A DNA stretch of 64,000 bases from an uncultured Gemmatimonadales bacterium. Its GTDB lineage: Bacteria; Gemmatimonadota; Gemmatimonadetes; Gemmatimonadales; GWC2-71-9. The position numbers and the translations under genes were made by a program. The notes beneath the pieces were generated by a model, which worked only from the letters and a program-made list of their open reading frames with translations, did not search any database and was not told the DNA's origin. Shown one piece after another: positions 8,216 to 18,210 of the stretch (positions within the stretch are counted from its first letter, which is position 1; the number at the start of each line of letters is the position of its first letter). The stretch covers positions 928,001 to 992,000 of the forward strand of contig CAWHFW010000005.1 of assembly GCA_963828735.1 (NCBI GenBank), written 5' to 3'.

Positions 8216-9564
8216 TCGTCGCCAAGTTCGGCGGCACGTCGGTGGCGGACGCGGACGCGATCGAACGGCTCGCGCGGATCGTGCGCTCGCGCGTGGCTGC
8301 CAGGCCGGTGGTCGTCGTCAGCGCGCTGGCGAACGTGACCGACGCGCTGCTCGCGCTGGCGCCGCTGGTACAGGCGGATGACCGCGCCGGCGTCGAGGCG
8401 GCGGTGGCCGCCCTGGTGGACCGCCACGTCGCCATCGCCCGGGCGCTGCCCGGCGGGGACGCGGCGATCCCGTACATCGCGGCGGACGCGGACGGACTGC
8501 GTCGGGAGCTCCGGGCCGCGCTCGGCCGCATGCTCCTGCCCGCGGAGCTGGACGCGGTCGCGGGATACGGTGAGCTCTGGAGCAGCCGCCTGGTCGCGGC
8601 CGCGCTCGAGGACACCGGGACCGTCGCCAGCTGGGTCGACATCCGCGCCCTCCTGGTGACCGACGACCGCTTCGGGCGCGCCACGCCCCAGATGCAGGCG
8701 CTCACGACGCGAGCCCGCGAGTGTCTGCGGCCCCTGGTGGAGGCGGGACGGGTCCCCGTCACCCAGGGGTTCATCGGCGCGACGGCCGATGGCAGGCCCA
8801 CCACGCTCGGCCGCGGTGGCTCGGATTTCACGGCCGCGCTTCTGGGCGCGGCACTCGGCGTCGAGCGGGTCGAGATCTGGACCGACGTGAACGGCCTCAT
8901 GACGGCCGATCCGCGGATCGTCCCCTCGGCGCGCACCCTCCGGGCGGCCAGCTACGAGGAGGCCGCGGAGCTCGCCACCTTCGGCGCCAAGGTCCTCCAT
9001 CCCGCCACGGCCCTGCCGCTGGTGCGGGCGGGCATCCCGATCGTCGTCCTCAATTCGACCCGCCCCGACGACCCGGGCACCGTCATCGAGCCCTCCGCCG
9101 AGCTCGAGCGGCTGGGCGACTCGCCGGTACGATCGATCAGCTGGAAGCGCGGCATCACGGTCGTCAACGTGCGGGCCCCGCGTATGCTCGGTGCCCACGG
9201 CTTCCTCCGGGCCATGTTCGAGGTGTTCGAGCGCCACGAGGTGGTGGTCGACGTCCTCGCGAGTGGCGAGGTGAGCGTGTCGCTCACGGTCGAAGACCGG
9301 AGCCGCCTCGACGTGGTAGTGCGGGACCTGGGCGAGCTGGGTGAGGTATGGATCGAGAGCGGGCGAGCCATCGTGGCCGTCGTCGGGATTGGCATGCGCT
9401 CCACACCCGGCTTGGCCGCCAGACTGTTCCGCGCGGTCCAGCCCGCGAACGTCGAGGTGATCTCCCAGGGCGCGTCGGCGATCAACGTGACGTTCGTCGT
9501 GCGTGAGGAAGACGGACCGGACGTCGTGCGGCGGCTGCATCAGGAGTTCTTCGGTACCTGCTGA
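8212..9564 (+). CDS. lysC: Aspartate kinase
   Basis: KFGGTSV, TTLGRGGSDFTA, WTDVNGLMTADPR, GAKVLHP, C-terminal ACT domains. Confidence 0.95.
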   Translation: MIVAKFGGTSVADADAIERLARIVRSRVAARPVVVVSALANVTDALLALAPLVQADDRAGVEAAVAALVDRHVAIARALPGGDAAIPYIAADADGLRRELRAALGRMLLPAELDAVAGYGELWSSRLVAAALEDTGTVASWVDIRALLVTDDRFGRATPQMQALTTRARECLRPLVEAGRVPVTQGFIGATADGRPTTLGRGGSDFTAALLGAALGVERVEIWTDVNGLMTADPRIVPSARTLRAASYEEAAELATFGAKVLHPATALPLVRAGIPIVVLNSTRPDDPGTVIEPSAELERLGDSPVRSISWKRGITVVNVRAPRMLGAHGFLRAMFEVFERHEVVVDVLASGEVSVSLTVEDRSRLDVVVRDLGELGEVWIESGRAIVAVVGIGMRSTPGLAARLFRAVQPANVEVISQGASAINVTFVVREEDGPDVVRRLHQEFFGTC

Positions 9565-9602
9565 CCGCCGTCGGCCACTCATCTCGGAAGGCCAGCGATT
9601 TC

Positions 9603-10301
9603 ATGCGCATCGCGATCGTCGGCAACGGCAAGATGGGGCAGGCGGTGGCGCGCCTGGCCGAGGCACGGGGCCACAGCATCCACACGATCGTGGCCGCGCC
9701 GGAGAATCCGGCCGGCGCGGCGCTCACGACCGATCGTCTCGCGGGCGCGGACGTGGCCATCGAGTTCACCCGACCCGACGCGGCGGCCGCCAACCTGGAG
9801 CGCCTCATCGTGGCCGGCGTGCCAGCCGTGACCGGGACGACCGGCTGGCGGAGCGAGCTGCCCCGGATCGAGGCGCTGGTGGCGCGTCACGGCGGCGCGC
9901 TGCTGCACGCCGCCAACTTCTCAGTCGGCGTACATCTCTTTCTTCACGCCGCGCGCGATCTTGCCCGCCGCTTCGCCGGGCGGGCGGAGTTCGACGCCTT
10001 TATACTGGAGGAGCATCACGCCGCGAAGCTCGACGCGCCGTCGGGCACCGCGCGGGAGCTGCAGGCACGGCTGACCGACGGGGATGGTGCCCGCAGCTTC
10101 CCGATCACCTCGATCCGTGCCGGCGCGACGCCGGGGACGCATCTGGTGGCGTACGACGGCCCGTACGAGCGGGTGACGCTTTCCCACGAGGCCCGGAGCC
10201 GGGACGGCTTTGCGGCGGGCGCGGTGGCGGCCGCGGAATGGCTCCCTGGCCATCCGGGCGTGCACACGGTCGAGGACATGCTGTTCGGAGCCGGCGGATG
10301 A
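9603..10301 (+). CDS. dapB: 4-hydroxy-tetrahydrodipicolinate reductase
   Basis: GNGKMG, GTTG, NFSVG, EEHHAAKLDAPSGTA. Confidence 0.95.
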   Translation: MRIAIVGNGKMGQAVARLAEARGHSIHTIVAAPENPAGAALTTDRLAGADVAIEFTRPDAAAANLERLIVAGVPAVTGTTGWRSELPRIEALVARHGGALLHAANFSVGVHLFLHAARDLARRFAGRAEFDAFILEEHHAAKLDAPSGTARELQARLTDGDGARSFPITSIRAGATPGTHLVAYDGPYERVTLSHEARSRDGFAAGAVAAAEWLPGHPGVHTVEDMLFGAGG

Positions 10302-11185
10302 CACGCTTCGAGGGCTGCGGCACCGCGCTGGTCACGCCATTCGCCGAGGACGGCACGCTCGATGTTCGGGCCCTTCGCGCGCTCGTGGAATGGCAGATCG
10401 CGGAAGGCATCGACTTTCTCGTGCCCTGTGGCTCGACAGGCGAGGCGCAGACGATGGACGACCGCGAGCGCGAGCAGGTCGTCGCCACCGTGGTCGAGAC
10501 CGCCGCCGGACGGGTGCCCGTGATGGCCGGCGCGACGAGCAACGACACCCGCCGGGCGGTGGACGAGACCCGGCGCATGTGCGCGCTCGGCGTGGACGGG
10601 ATCCTCAGCGCGACCCCCTACTACAACAAGCCCACGCAGGAAGGGCTCCGGCGCCACTTCCTCGCCGTGGCCGATGCCTCCACCCGTCCCGTCTGCGTCT
10701 ACAACGTGCCGGGCCGAACCGCCGTCAACCTCCTTCCCGCCACGGCGCTCATGCTCGCGGAGCACCCGAACGTGGCGGGCATCAAGGAGGCCAGCGGCGA
10801 TCTCCGACAAATCATGGAGATCCTCCGTCACCGCCCCGACGGCTTCGCCGTGCTCTCGGGTGACGATTGGCTGGCCTTCTCCGTTGCGGCGGCCGGCGGC
10901 GATGGGCTGATCTCCGTCACCTCCAACGAAGTACCCGGTCCGATGACCGAGCTGGTTCACCTCTCGCGCGCCGGCAGCCTCGAGGCGGCCCGCCGCTGCC
11001 AGTACCGCCTCCTGCCGCTCATGGACGCGAACTTCCTCGAGACCAACCCCACGCCGGTGAAGGCCGGCCTCGCGCTGCTCGGCAAGATCCGCGACGTCCT
11101 GCGGCTGCCGCTCGTGCCGGCCGCTCCGGCGACACGCGACGCGCTGCGAGCGGGCCTCGTCACGGCCGGCGCCCATGTCCGCTGA
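10298..11185 (+). CDS. dapA: 4-hydroxy-tetrahydrodipicolinate synthase
   Basis: ALVTPF, GSTGE, PYYNKP, YNVPGRT, IKEASG, LSGDD; ATGA overlap with dapB. Confidence 0.95.
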   Translation: MTRFEGCGTALVTPFAEDGTLDVRALRALVEWQIAEGIDFLVPCGSTGEAQTMDDREREQVVATVVETAAGRVPVMAGATSNDTRRAVDETRRMCALGVDGILSATPYYNKPTQEGLRRHFLAVADASTRPVCVYNVPGRTAVNLLPATALMLAEHPNVAGIKEASGDLRQIMEILRHRPDGFAVLSGDDWLAFSVAAAGGDGLISVTSNEVPGPMTELVHLSRAGSLEAARRCQYRLLPLMDANFLETNPTPVKAGLALLGKIRDVLRLPLVPAAPATRDALRAGLVTAGAHVR

Positions 11186-12023
11186 CGTCGCGGAGCTTCA
11201 GGCGGCGCTCGCCCGGTTCACGGGGTCCATTGCGCCGGAGGACGAGGCCGGCGCCCGCGTGGTGTTCCTCGAGCTCAAGGCCGCGCTCAACGCCGGACGG
11301 GTCCGCGCCGCCGAACGGCAGGCGGACGGCACCTGGCGCGCCAACGCCTGGGTCAAGGCCGGAATCCTGCTTGGCTTCCGCCTCGGCCGGGTCCAGCCCG
11401 CCGCAACCGGAACGCCGTTCCCGTTCTACGACAAGGACACGTATCCACTGCGCCGCGTCGGCCTGGAGGACGGCATCCGGATCGTTCCGGGCGGCTCCGC
11501 GATCCGGGACGGCTGCTACGTCGCGCCGGGGGTCGTTTGCATGCCCCCGACGTACATCAACGTCGGCGCCTGGGTCGGCGAGGGCACGATGGTGGATTCG
11601 CACGCCCTGGTCGGCTCGTGCGCGCAAATCGGCCGCCGGGTCCATCTCTCCGCGGCGGCACAGATCGGCGGCGTGCTCGAGCCGGCCGGCGCGCTGCCGG
11701 TCATCATCGAGGACGAGGTGCTGGTCGGGGGGAACTGCGGGGTCTACGAGGGCACGATCGTTCGCGAGCGCGCCGTGCTGGCGCCAGGCACCCTGCTGAC
11801 CGCGGGGACCGCCGTCTTCGACCTGGTGCACGATCGGGTCTACCGCCGCGACGGCGACCGTCCGCTCGAGATCCCCGCCGGCGCCGTCGTCGTTCCGGGT
11901 ACGCGGCCGGTCCGGTCAGGCCCGGGGGCGTCGGCCGGGATCGCGCTGTACGCCCCCGTGATCGTGAAGTATCGGGACGAAAGGACCGAGACCGCCGTCC
12001 GCCTGGAAGAGCTGCTGCGCTAG
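11175..12023 (+). CDS. dapD: Tetrahydrodipicolinate N-succinyltransferase
   Basis: WVKAGILLGFR, RIVPGG, YINVGA, VGSCAQIG, IGGVLEP. Confidence 0.95.
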   Translation: MSADVAELQAALARFTGSIAPEDEAGARVVFLELKAALNAGRVRAAERQADGTWRANAWVKAGILLGFRLGRVQPAATGTPFPFYDKDTYPLRRVGLEDGIRIVPGGSAIRDGCYVAPGVVCMPPTYINVGAWVGEGTMVDSHALVGSCAQIGRRVHLSAAAQIGGVLEPAGALPVIIEDEVLVGGNCGVYEGTIVRERAVLAPGTLLTAGTAVFDLVHDRVYRRDGDRPLEIPAGAVVVPGTRPVRSGPGASAGIALYAPVIVKYRDERTETAVRLEELLR

Positions 12024-12201
12024 GTCATTCCGTGAGACAAACTGGCTGTCCAAAACGGCTGTTCCCTTTTCTGATCTTGCAGTAGCTTCGAATCGCTTCC
12101 ACAATTGGCAATCTGGTACGTCTGCGCTGCCCGCTCCACGCTTTGTGGTCCGGGGCTGGTCCACCGCGCGTCGCGAAAGGTGACGGCGGAAGGGAGTCGT
12201 G

Positions 12202-13911
12202 ATGGGTGCCATCTTTGGGATCGTCGGTGACGGCTCATTGGCCGAAGTGCAGGCCATGGGGAGGGCCGTCGTGCATCGCGGGGGGCACCAGGAGTATTGG
12301 TCGCCCGCGGCCGGAGTCTTCTTCGGGCAAGCCGATCACCGACCGTTCGAGGTCGGTGACTCGTCCATGGCCACGGATTGGAACGTCGCTGGTGACCAGT
12401 CGAGCCTGCCGGAACGGTTCTCGAAGGATGGCCCCGCCGCCCTCGCCGCCCTCCGCGGAACCTTCTCCATCGCCCTCTGCGAAGGTCCCGGACGGGTGTG
12501 GCTGGTGGTCGACCACATCGGCTTCAAGACCCTGTATTACACAGTGCTCCGCGACCGCCTGGCGTTCGCGAGCGAGTACAAGTCGCTCCTGACCCTGGCC
12601 GACCTGCCGCTCGAGCCCGACCGCACGGCCATTCAGCACTATCTCGCCACCAAGTATCCTCTCAACGGGCGGTCATTCCTGGCCCGGACTCGCTCGATCA
12701 AGCCTGGCCACCTGCTCCAGTGGCGGCACGGCCAGGCGAAGACTTCGACCTATTGGAGGCCCGGCACGGCGGTCGTCGAGCGGTCGGACGCCGAGCACGT
12801 CCAGGTGGTCCGTCAGGCGCTGCTCGATGCGGTGCTTCGCGACGTCAGCCCGTACGAGCAGATCGGGATCACCCTCGGCGCCGGCATCGACGCCGCTATC
12901 GTACTCGGCGCCGTTCGCCGCGTCGCGCCCGACGTCCGCGTCTCCTCGTTTACGATCGGCGCCGGCGAGAACGACTGGGAAATCGCCGGCGCCCGTGAGA
13001 CTGCCGCTCTGTTCGGGACCGACCACCACGAGTACGTCTTCGACCCGGCAGCGATCCCGACCGACCTCCCGCGCCTCGTCTGGCTCACCGAGGATTGCAG
13101 TGGCCGCGAGGAGGCGATGCTTCAGATGCACGTCGTGGCGCACGCATCGGCGCACACGAAGGCGATCTTCGGCGGGCACAACGCGGACGCGATTTTCGGC
13201 GGCATGCCGCGTCACCGGCTGGTCGGCTTCGCCGAACGGCTGCCGCTGCTCAACACACCGCTGCAGGAGCTCTTCCAGCTCACGCAATGCGCCGCGGTGC
13301 CGTCGAGTCTGGCCGGCCGTTTCCTGCAGCGCGCCGTGTACGGCAACACGCCACCGCTCGCTCTTCGTGTGCCGGGTGCCCACGGGACCTCGAGCGTCTA
13401 CTGGAGCACGGATTTCAACGGTTTCATCTGCGCAACCGTCCAGGGCAACGCCGCGTTCACCTACCTTGAGCCCTACCACGCACTGAGTGGCGCCTCATTT
13501 CACTCGCCGTTCGTCGATCCGGACCTGATCGCCACCAGCCTGACGGTGCCGAGCCGACTCAAGACCGGCTGGCGCCGTCAGAAACGGGTGCTGCGTGACG
13601 CGGCGGCGGGCATCGTTCCGCTCGCGATTCGATCCCGGAAGAAGGCGATCCAGCGACTCGACGTGCACGGCAAGATGGGTGAGGTGCTTGCCGACCTCGC
13701 CGGCGAGTGGCTGCTGGACAGCGCGATCGCCCAGCACGGGCTGCTGACGGAGGCGCAGCTGCGCCAGGCCCGGCTCGAGCGCTCGCGCGCCCGCCAGAGC
13801 CGCGAGGTGGCGCTTCGGCTCTGGTCGGTTCTCTCGCTCGAGTGTTGGGCCAGGCACTTTCTCTCCGCCCACCATCGCGGACCCTTCGCGACGGACGTGC
13901 GCCAAGGCTGA
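12202..13911 (+). CDS. Asparagine synthetase (AsnB)-fold protein, copy 1, atypical active site
   Basis: LRGTFSIAL, DHIGFKTLYY, FASEYKSLL, LGAGIDA, GHNADAIFGG, SPFVD, KRVLRDAA, RKK, RLWSVLSLECW. Confidence 0.85.
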   Translation: MGAIFGIVGDGSLAEVQAMGRAVVHRGGHQEYWSPAAGVFFGQADHRPFEVGDSSMATDWNVAGDQSSLPERFSKDGPAALAALRGTFSIALCEGPGRVWLVVDHIGFKTLYYTVLRDRLAFASEYKSLLTLADLPLEPDRTAIQHYLATKYPLNGRSFLARTRSIKPGHLLQWRHGQAKTSTYWRPGTAVVERSDAEHVQVVRQALLDAVLRDVSPYEQIGITLGAGIDAAIVLGAVRRVAPDVRVSSFTIGAGENDWEIAGARETAALFGTDHHEYVFDPAAIPTDLPRLVWLTEDCSGREEAMLQMHVVAHASAHTKAIFGGHNADAIFGGMPRHRLVGFAERLPLLNTPLQELFQLTQCAAVPSSLAGRFLQRAVYGNTPPLALRVPGAHGTSSVYWSTDFNGFICATVQGNAAFTYLEPYHALSGASFHSPFVDPDLIATSLTVPSRLKTGWRRQKRVLRDAAAGIVPLAIRSRKKAIQRLDVHGKMGEVLADLAGEWLLDSAIAQHGLLTEAQLRQARLERSRARQSREVALRLWSVLSLECWARHFLSAHHRGPFATDVRQG

Positions 13912-13971
13912 GCCGAGGGATCCGACCAACACCGGCATCACCCGGACGAGGTCACCTCAGGACATCCCCGC

Positions 13972-14394
13972 ATGCCCTCCCACACCCATTACCTCTGGTT
14001 CGAGACCAAGCGGCGCCAGGAGATCATCGACATCACCGACCAGGTGGAGACCCAGGTCGGGGCCAGCGGCGTGCGCGAGGGCTACGTGCTGGTCTCCGCC
14101 ATGCACATCAGTGCCTCGGTCTTCGTCAACGACCATGAATCGGGACTCTGGCACGACATTCTCCACTGGCTCGAGGGCAGCATCGCCCCCTGGGACCCTG
14201 GCCGGTATCGCCACAACGAGACTGGGGAGGACAACGCGGCGGCCCACCTGCGGAGCCTCACGATCGGGCACGAGGTACTGGTGCCGATCACCGCCGGCCG
14301 GCTTGATTTGGGGCCGTGGCAGCGGGTGTTCTACGGAGAATGGGACGGACAACGCCGTAAGCGCGTGATCATCAAGGTGCTGGGAGAGGCCTAA
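13972..14394 (+). CDS. yjbQ: YjbQ/UPF0047 family protein (secondary thiamine-phosphate synthase-like)
   Basis: [41 protein letters not shown]. Confidence 0.92.
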   Translation: MPSHTHYLWFETKRRQEIIDITDQVETQVGASGVREGYVLVSAMHISASVFVNDHESGLWHDILHWLEGSIAPWDPGRYRHNETGEDNAAAHLRSLTIGHEVLVPITAGRLDLGPWQRVFYGEWDGQRRKRVIIKVLGEA

Positions 14395-14537
14395 TCTTTC
14401 GCTTTTTGCAATTGTTTGTACGTTGCAAGGCACATCCCCTTAGTCATCGTCGTCAAACCGGCCCCGCCAGCGCCCCATCCCGGGGGCGGCGGATCACCCC
14501 GCTGGTGTCGACCGGTCGGGCGACGGAAACGGAACGC

Positions 14538-16247
14538 ATGGGCGCGATCTTCGGTATCGTCGGCGAGGGCTCCCTGGCAGAGGTGAGGGCCATGGGGCAC
14601 CCTGTCGCGCACCGGGGTGAGTATCAGCGGGTGTGGAGTCCCGCGCGGGGCGTCTACCTGGGCCAGGCCTCCCACCGGCCGTTCGAGGTGGACGAGGCCT
14701 GCCCGGTGGCCACGGACTGGAACGTACAGGGTAGCGGCGCCTCCCTGCCCGAGGGGTTCGCGCGCCTGGGGAACGAGGCCATCGCCGCGCTCCGTGGCAC
14801 CTTCGCGTTGGCGCTCTGCGACGGCCCGAACCGCATCATCCTCGCGGTCGACCAGGTGGGCTACAAGAGCCTGTTCTACACCGTGCTTCGGGGCCGCTTC
14901 GCATTCGCCAGCGAGTACAAGTCGCTTCTCACGCTGGCCGACGTTCCCATCGAGCCCGACCGCACCGCCATCCAGCACTACCTGGCCACGAAATATCCGC
15001 TTGGCGGCCGCTCGTTCCTCGCGCGCGCGCGCTCGCTTCTGGGCGGGCACATGCTGGAATACCGCGACGGCAGTGCGACGGTGGCGACCTATTGGAAGCC
15101 CGCGACCCAGGTCGTGGAGCGCTCGCGCGAGCAGCACGTGACGGTTGTACGGGACGCGCTGCTCGAGACGGTGCATCGCCAGATCCACACCTACGAGCGC
15201 GTGGGCATCACCCTGGGCGGCGGCCTCGACGCCGCGCTCGTACTTGGCGCAATGCGGAAAGTGGCCCCGGACGTCAGGATCTCGTCCTTCACCGTCGGCG
15301 CTGGCGAAGGCGATTGGGAGATCATCGGTGCGCGCCAGACCGCGGGCGAGTTCGGCACCGAACACCGCGAGTGCCTGTTCGACCCCTCGACGATTCCCAC
15401 GGAGCTCCCCCGGCTCATCTGGCTCACCGAGGACTGCGGTGGTCGCGAGGAGGCGATGCTGCAGATGCGGGTGCTCCGCGAAGCCGGCGCGCAGACCGGC
15501 GTCGTCTTCGGTGGCCACGGGGCCGACGTGCTCTTTGGGGGAATGCCGCGGCACCGGCTCGTCGGGCTGGCCGAGAAGCTGCCGATGCTCACGACGCCGA
15601 TCCGCGAGCTGTTCCAGCTCTCGCAGGCCTCGGTGCAGCCGAGCACGTACATCGGACGCGCGTTCAAGGCGGCGGTCTACGGGCGGACTCCGCCCGAGGC
15701 GCTGCACGTCCCCGGCGCCAACTGGGCCGGCGTGTACTGGAGTCCCGAGGTAAACGAGTTCATCCGCACGACGATCCAGCGCATGCACTCGTTCAATTAC
15801 CTCGAGCCGCAGCACGAGACGGCCGGCGCCGCGTTCCATTCGCCGTTCCTCGACCCCGACATGATCGCCACGAGCCTGACGGTGCCCGGCTGGCTCAAGT
15901 CCGGGTGGCGGCGTCAGAAGTGGGTGCTGCGCGAGGCGGGCGCGGAACTCCTGCCGGCGGCGATCCGGAACCGCAAAAAGGCCATTCAGCGGCTCGAGGT
16001 ACAGGGCGAAATGGGAGCGGTGTTGTCGGACCTTGCGGGTCGTTGGCTCATGGACAGCGCGATCGAGCAACACCGGCTCCTCACGCCCGACCAGATCCGA
16101 GCGCTTCGGCGCGAGCGCGACCGCGCGCGGCAGAGCCGCGAGGTGGCGCACCGTCTCTGGTCCGTCTTGTCGCTCGAATGCTGGGCGCGGCATTTCCTCT
16201 CGGCGCGGAGAAGCGCGCCGGTACAGGCGCCGGCCGAGCCTCAGTAG
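14538..16247 (+). CDS. Asparagine synthetase (AsnB)-fold protein, copy 2
   Basis: Colinear paralog of 12202-13911: MGAIFGIVG, FASEYKSLL, LGGGLDA, GHGADVLFGG, RLWSVLSLECWARHFL. Confidence 0.85.
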   Translation: MGAIFGIVGEGSLAEVRAMGHPVAHRGEYQRVWSPARGVYLGQASHRPFEVDEACPVATDWNVQGSGASLPEGFARLGNEAIAALRGTFALALCDGPNRIILAVDQVGYKSLFYTVLRGRFAFASEYKSLLTLADVPIEPDRTAIQHYLATKYPLGGRSFLARARSLLGGHMLEYRDGSATVATYWKPATQVVERSREQHVTVVRDALLETVHRQIHTYERVGITLGGGLDAALVLGAMRKVAPDVRISSFTVGAGEGDWEIIGARQTAGEFGTEHRECLFDPSTIPTELPRLIWLTEDCGGREEAMLQMRVLREAGAQTGVVFGGHGADVLFGGMPRHRLVGLAEKLPMLTTPIRELFQLSQASVQPSTYIGRAFKAAVYGRTPPEALHVPGANWAGVYWSPEVNEFIRTTIQRMHSFNYLEPQHETAGAAFHSPFLDPDMIATSLTVPGWLKSGWRRQKWVLREAGAELLPAAIRNRKKAIQRLEVQGEMGAVLSDLAGRWLMDSAIEQHRLLTPDQIRALRRERDRARQSREVAHRLWSVLSLECWARHFLSARRSAPVQAPAEPQ

Positions 16248-16258
16248 GCAGTGACCGG

Positions 16259-16308
16259 AAGCGAGTGAGGGGGGAGCGGCGTTTCGCCTCGCTCCCCCTC
16301 ACTCGCTT
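16259..16308. terminator. Long hairpin between convergent genes
   Basis: AAGCGAGTGAGGGGGGAGCG ... CGCTCCCCCTCACTCGCTT, about 19 bp stem. Confidence 0.7.
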
Positions 16309-16328
16309 TCATGTCCCCTTGTCCCGCA

Positions 16329-18176
16329 TCACCGTTTCCGGCGCGCCACCGCCGTCGCACGCACCGCCCCGGTCGCACGCTTTCCCGCATCCTTCACGGC
16401 CGCCTCGATCCGCTGCTCGCCCGCTGCCGGGCCCAGTACCCACCGCACTGCCACGCGGCCGGCGCTGTCGGCCCGCGCTCGCGCGGGCGTCACGTTGCCG
16501 GACTTCGCGGCGAACGTCACCAGCGCGCCCGCGACCGGGTTTCCGAAGGCATCGACTACGAACGCCTCGACCGGATGCTCGATGGCCTGCCCCGCCACGG
16601 CCGTCGCCGGAACGCCTTGGAGCGTCAGCTTGGCCACGGGACCCGGCCGGGCAACGGCTGTGAGCTCCACGGGCCGCTCCACCCCCTCCGCGGACGCCGA
16701 GAGGCGCTGTGCGCCGGCCGCCGCGCCTAGTGTCCAGGCGATGCCGGCGCGGCCGGTCGAGTCGCTCGGGATCACGCGCTCACGCACGGAGCCGCTCGCG
16801 GGGCGCACGGTGATCCTCACACCCGGCACCGGATTGCCGGCCCGGTCGCTCACGCGGAGCTCGACCGCCGTGGCCAGCGGCTGTCCGACCGTGCCACGCG
16901 GCGCCGCGCCGCGGACCAGGGCGAGCGTCGCCGGCGCTCCGGCCCGCGCCACCGCCTCGATCGCGAGCCGCGGCGCGCCGCGACCGCCGCCGACCTGAGC
17001 CCACGCGCGCTGCGCGCCTGCGTGTGAGCCCAGCGTCCATCGCGCGCGCGCCTCGCCGAGAGAATCGGTCCGCGAGCTCTCGCCAACCATACTCCCGCCG
17101 TCCTCCGCGCTCCACGCGACCAGCACGTCCGCCAGCGGACTTCCCGTGGAATCGCTCACCCGCACCGCGACCGGATCGTCCAGGGGCTGGCCGACAATCG
17201 CGCCCGCCGATGGGCCGACGGTGGCGAGCCGCGTATTCTCGGCGAGGGGGTCCGCGTCGGCGGTGACGGCCGTGGCGACCGACGAGCGGCTCTCCACGGC
17301 CAGCGTCAACCGTTGGCGCCCCGGTTGTGTCCCGAGGATCCACGAGGCTCGCACCAGGCCTTCCGCGTCGGACGTATCGGAGGTGTGCTCGACGCGCCCG
17401 GTGCTGTCGGCCACGCTGAACCGCACGGACACGCCGACGAGGGGGCGGCCCCCGCGCGAGACGATCTGCGCGCGTACCGGCGTCGCGAGGCGCCGGCCCA
17501 CCTGCGCCCGCTGGCCATCGCCGGCCTGAATGGTGATGGTGGCCGCGACCGGATAGACCTCGAGCGGGAGCTCCGCCGTGAGATCGCCGTCGGAAGCGAC
17601 GAGCGTCGTGCGCCCGGCCGCGACTGCGCTCACGCGTGCCGCGGTATCGACAGCGGCGACGGATGGATCGGCGGAGCGCCACGCGATGGCTTGACCGGGC
17701 ACCGCATGCTGCCGGGCGTCCACCACCCGTGCGACGAGGCGCAGGGTCGTGTCCTCGGGGAGACGGAGCAGCGTATCGCCGTAGATGCGAATCGCCGCCG
17801 GCCGCGGGCGCACCACGATGCGAGCCTGCGCGATCCGTCCCCCCGCCGCGGCCACTACCGTCGCCGCCCCGGGCGCGCGCGACACGACCGCCCCGGCACT
17901 GTCCACGGAGATCACGGAGGTATCGGTGCTGGTCCATCCCACCCGCACGCCCGGGAGCACACTGCCATGCGCGTCAGTGATGGTGGTGGCGAGCTGCAGG
18001 GTGTCGCCCAGCGACCAGGCGGTGTCGGCGGCCGGGGCGACCCCGATCCAGCGCACGTCGGCACCGGCGATGGACCGCACCGAGGAGAGGATCGAGACGA
18101 GGGCGGCACCCGCCGACAGCGAGCCCGCCCCCCACTTCCACGCCCGGACGATCCAGGGCGACCGCGCGTCAAGCAC
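16329..18176 (-). CDS. Membrane-anchored multi-Ig-like (Big_2/Big_1) domain protein
   Basis: N-terminal hydrophobic helix, W.S.D.SV..VD..G..V..G repeats, then TDS.G.A...W.LG...G.Q repeats; start estimated at GTG 18176. Confidence 0.8.
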   Translation of the reverse strand: MLDARSPWIVRAWKWGAGSLSAGAALVSILSSVRSIAGADVRWIGVAPAADTAWSLGDTLQLATTITDAHGSVLPGVRVGWTSTDTSVISVDSAGAVVSRAPGAATVVAAAGGRIAQARIVVRPRPAAIRIYGDTLLRLPEDTTLRLVARVVDARQHAVPGQAIAWRSADPSVAAVDTAARVSAVAAGRTTLVASDGDLTAELPLEVYPVAATITIQAGDGQRAQVGRRLATPVRAQIVSRGGRPLVGVSVRFSVADSTGRVEHTSDTSDAEGLVRASWILGTQPGRQRLTLAVESRSSVATAVTADADPLAENTRLATVGPSAGAIVGQPLDDPVAVRVSDSTGSPLADVLVAWSAEDGGSMVGESSRTDSLGEARARWTLGSHAGAQRAWAQVGGGRGAPRLAIEAVARAGAPATLALVRGAAPRGTVGQPLATAVELRVSDRAGNPVPGVRITVRPASGSVRERVIPSDSTGRAGIAWTLGAAAGAQRLSASAEGVERPVELTAVARPGPVAKLTLQGVPATAVAGQAIEHPVEAFVVDAFGNPVAGALVTFAAKSGNVTPARARADSAGRVAVRWVLGPAAGEQRIEAAVKDAGKRATGAVRATAVARRKR

Positions 18177-18210
18177 GGCCGCGCTTCGTCTCGACGAGAC
18201 CGAGGTCACG

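Noticed and set aside
12113..12130. sigma54 promoter TGGTACGTCTGCGC upstream of AsnB-like copy 1
   Set aside because: GG-to-GC spacing is 9, not the required 10, and TTGC is absent
12024..16247. Lasso peptide gene cluster
   Set aside because: No B1/RRE or B2 protease gene and no convincing precursor near the AsnB-like genes
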